From positions 1,736,001 to 1,800,000 of the forward strand of contig OZ193909.1 of NCBI GenBank assembly GCA_964276515.1: 64,000 nucleotides of DNA, in the 5' to 3' direction. Source of the stretch: Gordius albopunctatus (Eukaryota). This document shows, piece by piece, positions 61,985 to 64,000 of this stretch. Below the pieces are notes generated by a model. It ran no database searches, was not told the origin of the DNA, and saw only the letters and a list, made by a program, of their open reading frames with translations. Made by a program: the position numbers and the translations under genes. Within the stretch, counting starts at the first letter, position 1. Each line of letters opens with the position of its first letter.

Positions 61985-64000
61985 TAAGTTAAAGGCAGAT
62001 ATTATTCTGCTTCCAGCAGCGTAGGCAAAACAAGAAAAGGATTTGAACGGTACCATTGTGGAAATGGCTACGGAGCGAGAAACGATGAAGGCAACGAAAT
62101 ATTGAAAATAGCCGTTGCATTTGATTTGGCCATCACAAATACCTTCTTTAAAAAGAATGTAAATCACCTAATAACGTATAAAAGTGTAAATCGATCTTCG
62201 CAGATTGACTTTCTCCTAATATCAAGAAAGTAATTAAAGAATGTACGAGATTGTAAGGTGATACCAGGTGAGGCTATTGCAGCCCAGCATAGGCTTGTTG
62301 TGATGGACTATACCATCTCCAAGGCTAAAACACAAAAGCCGAAGCGATTAAATGGGAAAATCAAATGATTCCGGCTATAAAGATTGAAAGACATTTACAA
62401 TGATCAAATAGTTGAACGGCTGCAAATAGATGATAAGCAGAATGCAAACGATATGTGGAATAACATAGCTAACACGGTACGATCAGTAGCGAGGTGTGTT
62501 CTAGGAGAAGGTAAACCAGGTATAAAAAAAGATAAGGAGACATGGTGGTGGAAAGAAGACGTGCAACGCCTGGTCAAATTGAAAAGAAAGCTTTATAAAT
62601 TATGGTCAGGCAACAGAAATGAAGAAACACGATTGGCATATGTGAAAGCTAAAAATGAGGCAAAACGTTGTGTAGCCAAGGCTAAAACAGAAGTCTACGA
62701 GAATTTGAATGCCAAGTTAACCAGTAAAGAAGGGGAAAGAATGATCTACAAAATCGCAAAGACCAGGGGAACTCAAAGGATGTGGTAAACGTGAAAACCA
62801 TAAAGAGCAAATGTGACATCACTCTAACTCTGGACCATCAAATCATAGATCGTTGGGAAGAATACTATAAAGAATTATTAAAAAATGAAAATGGATTTTT
62901 GGACTACTGCGATAGCAAGAACATGAATATGACCCATAGTTAGAAGTGACAGAAGAGGAGGTTGATCAGGTGCTTAAAAATATTACCATGGACAGAGCGA
63001 TGCGACCTGATTATATACCTATGGAAGCTTTCAAAATCTACTTGCAAAGCTATTTAACAAAATACTTGCAAGTGGTATGATGCCTGATGAGTGGAGGGAA
63101 AGCTATGTTATACCTATCTATAAAATGAAGGGAGATGTACAAGAATGTAAAAACTATCGAGGGATAAAGTTAACGAGTCACGTAATGAAGGTGTGGGAAA
63201 AGGTTATAGAAGCTAGACTCCGAAAAATAATATCAATAGATGAACGACAATTTGGGTTCATGCCTGGAAAGTCGACTTCAGATGCAATACAGGGTCTTAG
63301 GAGAATATGGATTCAATAACAAAGAACCTGAAACGCGAATCACCTTGGGCAATGCTCTTTGTGGATGATATCGTCCTGTGCGCAGGCTCAAACGTGGAAT
63401 TAGCAGAGCATGTAAAAGTGTGGATAGAATGAATTGAAAGCAAAGGCCTTAGGGTTACCCGAGATAAAACGGAATATGTATGCTTGGAGTCGGGGAATGA
63501 ATACAAAGAAGCCCACCTGCAAATCGATGACTGGTGTTTAAGCAGCAGGAAAAAATTTCTAGGTTACAATGTGATGGAGGTGTGAAAAACGAAATTAAGG
63601 CAAGAATAAACGCAGGCTGGCTAAAGTTAAGGGAGTTGAGTGGTGTCCTATGTGACAAACACATACCACTCAAATTGAAAGGACGGTTATATAACACCGT
63701 TATTGTACCCACGGTATTTTATGGAGCGGAGACGTGGGCAATAAGGCAAAAGAGGAGCAAAGCTTGGCTACAATGGAGATGCGAATGTTGAGATGGATCT
63801 TGGGAATAAGCAAAAAGGATCATATAAGGAATCAAGACATAAGGGATAAACTAAATGTAGTTCCGATTCAGAGAAAGTTTGTGGTAAGAAGATTAGATGG
63901 TATGGCCATTTGGAGAGACGGGAGGAAAGTCACTTGGCCAATCGTATCAAGAAAGTGCAAGTAGAAGGTAAGCGAAAGAGATGGAGGCCTAAACTGACAT
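61985..64000 (+). mobile_element. Decayed RTE-clade (BovB-like) LINE
   Basis: APE end (LAITNTFFKK...SQIDF...AQHRLVV), ETWWW, MPDEWRES..PIYK.KGDVQECKNYRGIKL, QFGFMPGKST, MLFVDDIVL, YGAETWA, EMRMLRW. Stops, frameshifts and an internal RT deletion near 63300; runs off the window. Confidence 0.92.

Overview
AT-rich, intron-rich animal (invertebrate-like) nuclear DNA; no prokaryotic features, rRNA, complete tRNA or CRISPR seen. Two complete host genes can be assembled by hand with GT-AG introns and consistent phases, both on the minus strand: Nup210/gp210 (41 exons, 20745-52336, about 2164 aa) and SNRNP40 (9 exons, 58173-60641, 319 aa). There is also an IGFBP/IB-domain gene fragment (+, ~1.4-1.9 kb) and an acidic orphan exon (+, 56.6-57.3 kb). 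Positions 2-20 kb are a nest of transposons. Its centre is a 7.6-kb hAT element with TIRs and an 8-bp TSD, which holds a Ty3/gypsy element lacking protease and RT, an intron-containing Ginger/GIN-like integrase relic, a minisatellite and a Helentron-type element. Around it are Helitron, CRE-type and other hAT relics. Nup210 introns carry several MITE families, a MULE relic and a CRE relic. A MADF-carrying Harbinger element and a decayed RTE LINE lie near the right end. Patterns worth follow-up: 35-40-nt micro-introns at gene 5' ends, A-rich/AAG acceptors, CpG depletion limited to the first ~2 kb of genes, the RT-less gypsy element with intact ORFs, and tRNA B-box fragments inside Helentron-type elements. 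I did not find a clearly new biological system; all calls are by eye, with no database searches.
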